Shown here piece by piece: positions 62,748-64,000 of a stretch of DNA of 64,000 bases. Origin of the DNA: a virus (Duplodnaviria > Caudoviricetes). Each line of letters begins with the position of its first letter. Positions within the stretch are counted from its first letter, which is position 1. The position numbers and the translations under genes are program-made. The notes below the pieces were generated by a model, which did no database searches, had not been told where the DNA came from, and worked only from the letters and a program-made list of their open reading frames with translations. Location: IMG/VR virus record IMGVR_UViG_3300021426_000001, one strand, 5' to 3'.

Positions 62748-63437
62748 TCAGATCTTTCCTCCAAACTGTCTCTGCACTTCCGAGAGACAGATGTTTCTCG
62801 CAGCGATTAGCTGCTCTACGTTCGCGTGTATCGGCTCGTTCTCGTCATGGAACGTGAACGGCTTGCGCTCGGAGACGCATACGAACGGAATTCTCAGGTA
62901 GTACGCGAGAGCGCCGTAGTACAGGTCGTCGTTAGCAGACTCCAGGATCTTGTCTGATAGGCACTGAACGCCGATCAGATGGAAGCATCCAGGCGGATAG
63001 AGAGTAGCTGGTCCGCAAGGGAACTGACACGGCCAAGAGCCCCTGTCGACTGCGTAGCCGTGAATCTGGTGAACTCTCTCGCAGCTAACCCATGACTGGT
63101 AGAGCTTCTCTGCGTAGTTCTCTGTGTAGAGACAGTCGTCATCAGCAGAGATCACTGGGAGTTGAGGATATCTCAATAGCGCGTAGAAGACCTTCTTGAA
63201 CGCCTTGACATTCTTCGAGATCCAGATGATCTCGAACTTGTTAGCCTTCTCCAGATCCGTCAGACTTCTCGGAAGAGAAAATACTCCATTCGGAAACTCT
63301 TCTAAGCTCAGAGTCAGGCAGATGTGGAATCCAGGGCACATAGTCAGCAAGTTCTCGATCGTCTTGTGCACAGTGTCAATTCTAGCCTTCCACGAGGTCA
63401 GACTGATAATAGCTTTCTCACCGTTGTACTTCTTCAT
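62748..63437 (-). CDS. GT-A fold glycosyltransferase
   Basis: IISLTSW..RI, ISADDD.LY, ATLYPPG, NDDL. Confidence 0.8.
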   Translation of the reverse strand: MKKYNGEKAIISLTSWKARIDTVHKTIENLLTMCPGFHICLTLSLEEFPNGVFSLPRSLTDLEKANKFEIIWISKNVKAFKKVFYALLRYPQLPVISADDDCLYTENYAEKLYQSWVSCERVHQIHGYAVDRGSWPCQFPCGPATLYPPGCFHLIGVQCLSDKILESANDDLYYGALAYYLRIPFVCVSERKPFTFHDENEPIHANVEQLIAARNICLSEVQRQFGGKI

Positions 63438-63571
63438 CTATTGTTCCTTTGGCTTGTACTTTGGGACTGCTTTCCATGCTGCTTCTATCACATCTTCTGG
63501 CTTGGGCTTCGGATCCCAGCCATACAGCTCACAGAGAGTTTCGTAGAGTCCCTTAGGCTTCGTTTCATTGT

Positions 63572-63766
63572 TCACTTATCATATCTCCAGTTCACGTAGT
63601 TGAAGCATATTCCCATGATCCAGAAGCTTCCGTCGTAGCATCGATCTTTTCCCTTGACAGCGCCATTGTTGTGCATCTTGAGAAAGCACCGAAAGAAGTG
63701 CCTAGGATACCAGTTGATAGAGAATGTCTTAGTGCCGTGGTCCCACCACTTCTCGAAGATCTTCAC
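63572..63766 (-). CDS. hypothetical protein
   Basis: 64-aa ORF with AGGAG RBS. Confidence 0.55.
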   Translation of the reverse strand: MKIFEKWWDHGTKTFSINWYPRHFFRCFLKMHNNGAVKGKDRCYDGSFWIMGICFNYVNWRYDK

Positions 63767-64000
63767 AGCTTAGGTCTCCTTAGATTTTTCGTAGTTCTTC
63801 GTATAGTTGCATCTTGGGCATTCCCATCTGACCCAGCCTGGACCAAGATAGACATAGGCATTGAGTAAATTTACTTCTTCTTTACAGTTTTCGCACTTAC
63901 TCATATCATCTTCCTTTAGTTAGCGCTGAGCTCGTAAGGTCCGTAGCAGTCGGCGCGTTCGAACTTGCCCTCTTCGACATACGGCTTCACGTAGCGGAAG

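Overview
This is a segment of a large T4-like (jumbo) bacteriophage genome in the standard genetic code; the host is probably an anaerobe (NrdG), but I cannot name it. Most genes are small minus-strand ORFs. About 21 copies of a sigma70-type early promoter (TTTACA-17 nt-TATATT, often wrapped in an inverted repeat) drive them, and about 14 T4-type late promoters (TATAAATA) mostly precede proteins sharing an 'A-x-x-L-L-E-S-A-G-h-x-h-x-E' motif. Recognisable proteins are a LigA C-terminal half, NrdG, a dCTPase/dUTPase, a dNMP kinase, a thymidylate-synthase-family enzyme with the dCMP-type Asp, a metallophosphoesterase, guanylate kinase, a stand-alone terminase-like ATPase, a CCA-adding enzyme, two degenerate DUF262 proteins, an ACP-like protein, ferritin/Dps-like, SLOG, Nudix, SprT and NADAR proteins, and a late galactofuranose glycosylation cluster (glf plus three DUF4422 proteins). 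Region 7.7-17.4 kb is a minus-strand RNA island with about 43 tRNA genes for all 20 amino acids, none encoding CCA. The most striking finding lies between them: nine copies of a small RNA scaffold with a covarying terminal stem and a C(A/T)GCAA bulge, carrying variable tRNA-derived cargo. Two carry circularly permuted tRNAs, one with an amber CUA anticodon, a topology like tRNA-mimicking bacterial Y RNAs. The island also holds anticodon-disabled tRNA mimics and a ~530-nt structured ncRNA candidate. All calls were made by eye without database searches, so coordinates may be off by a few bases.
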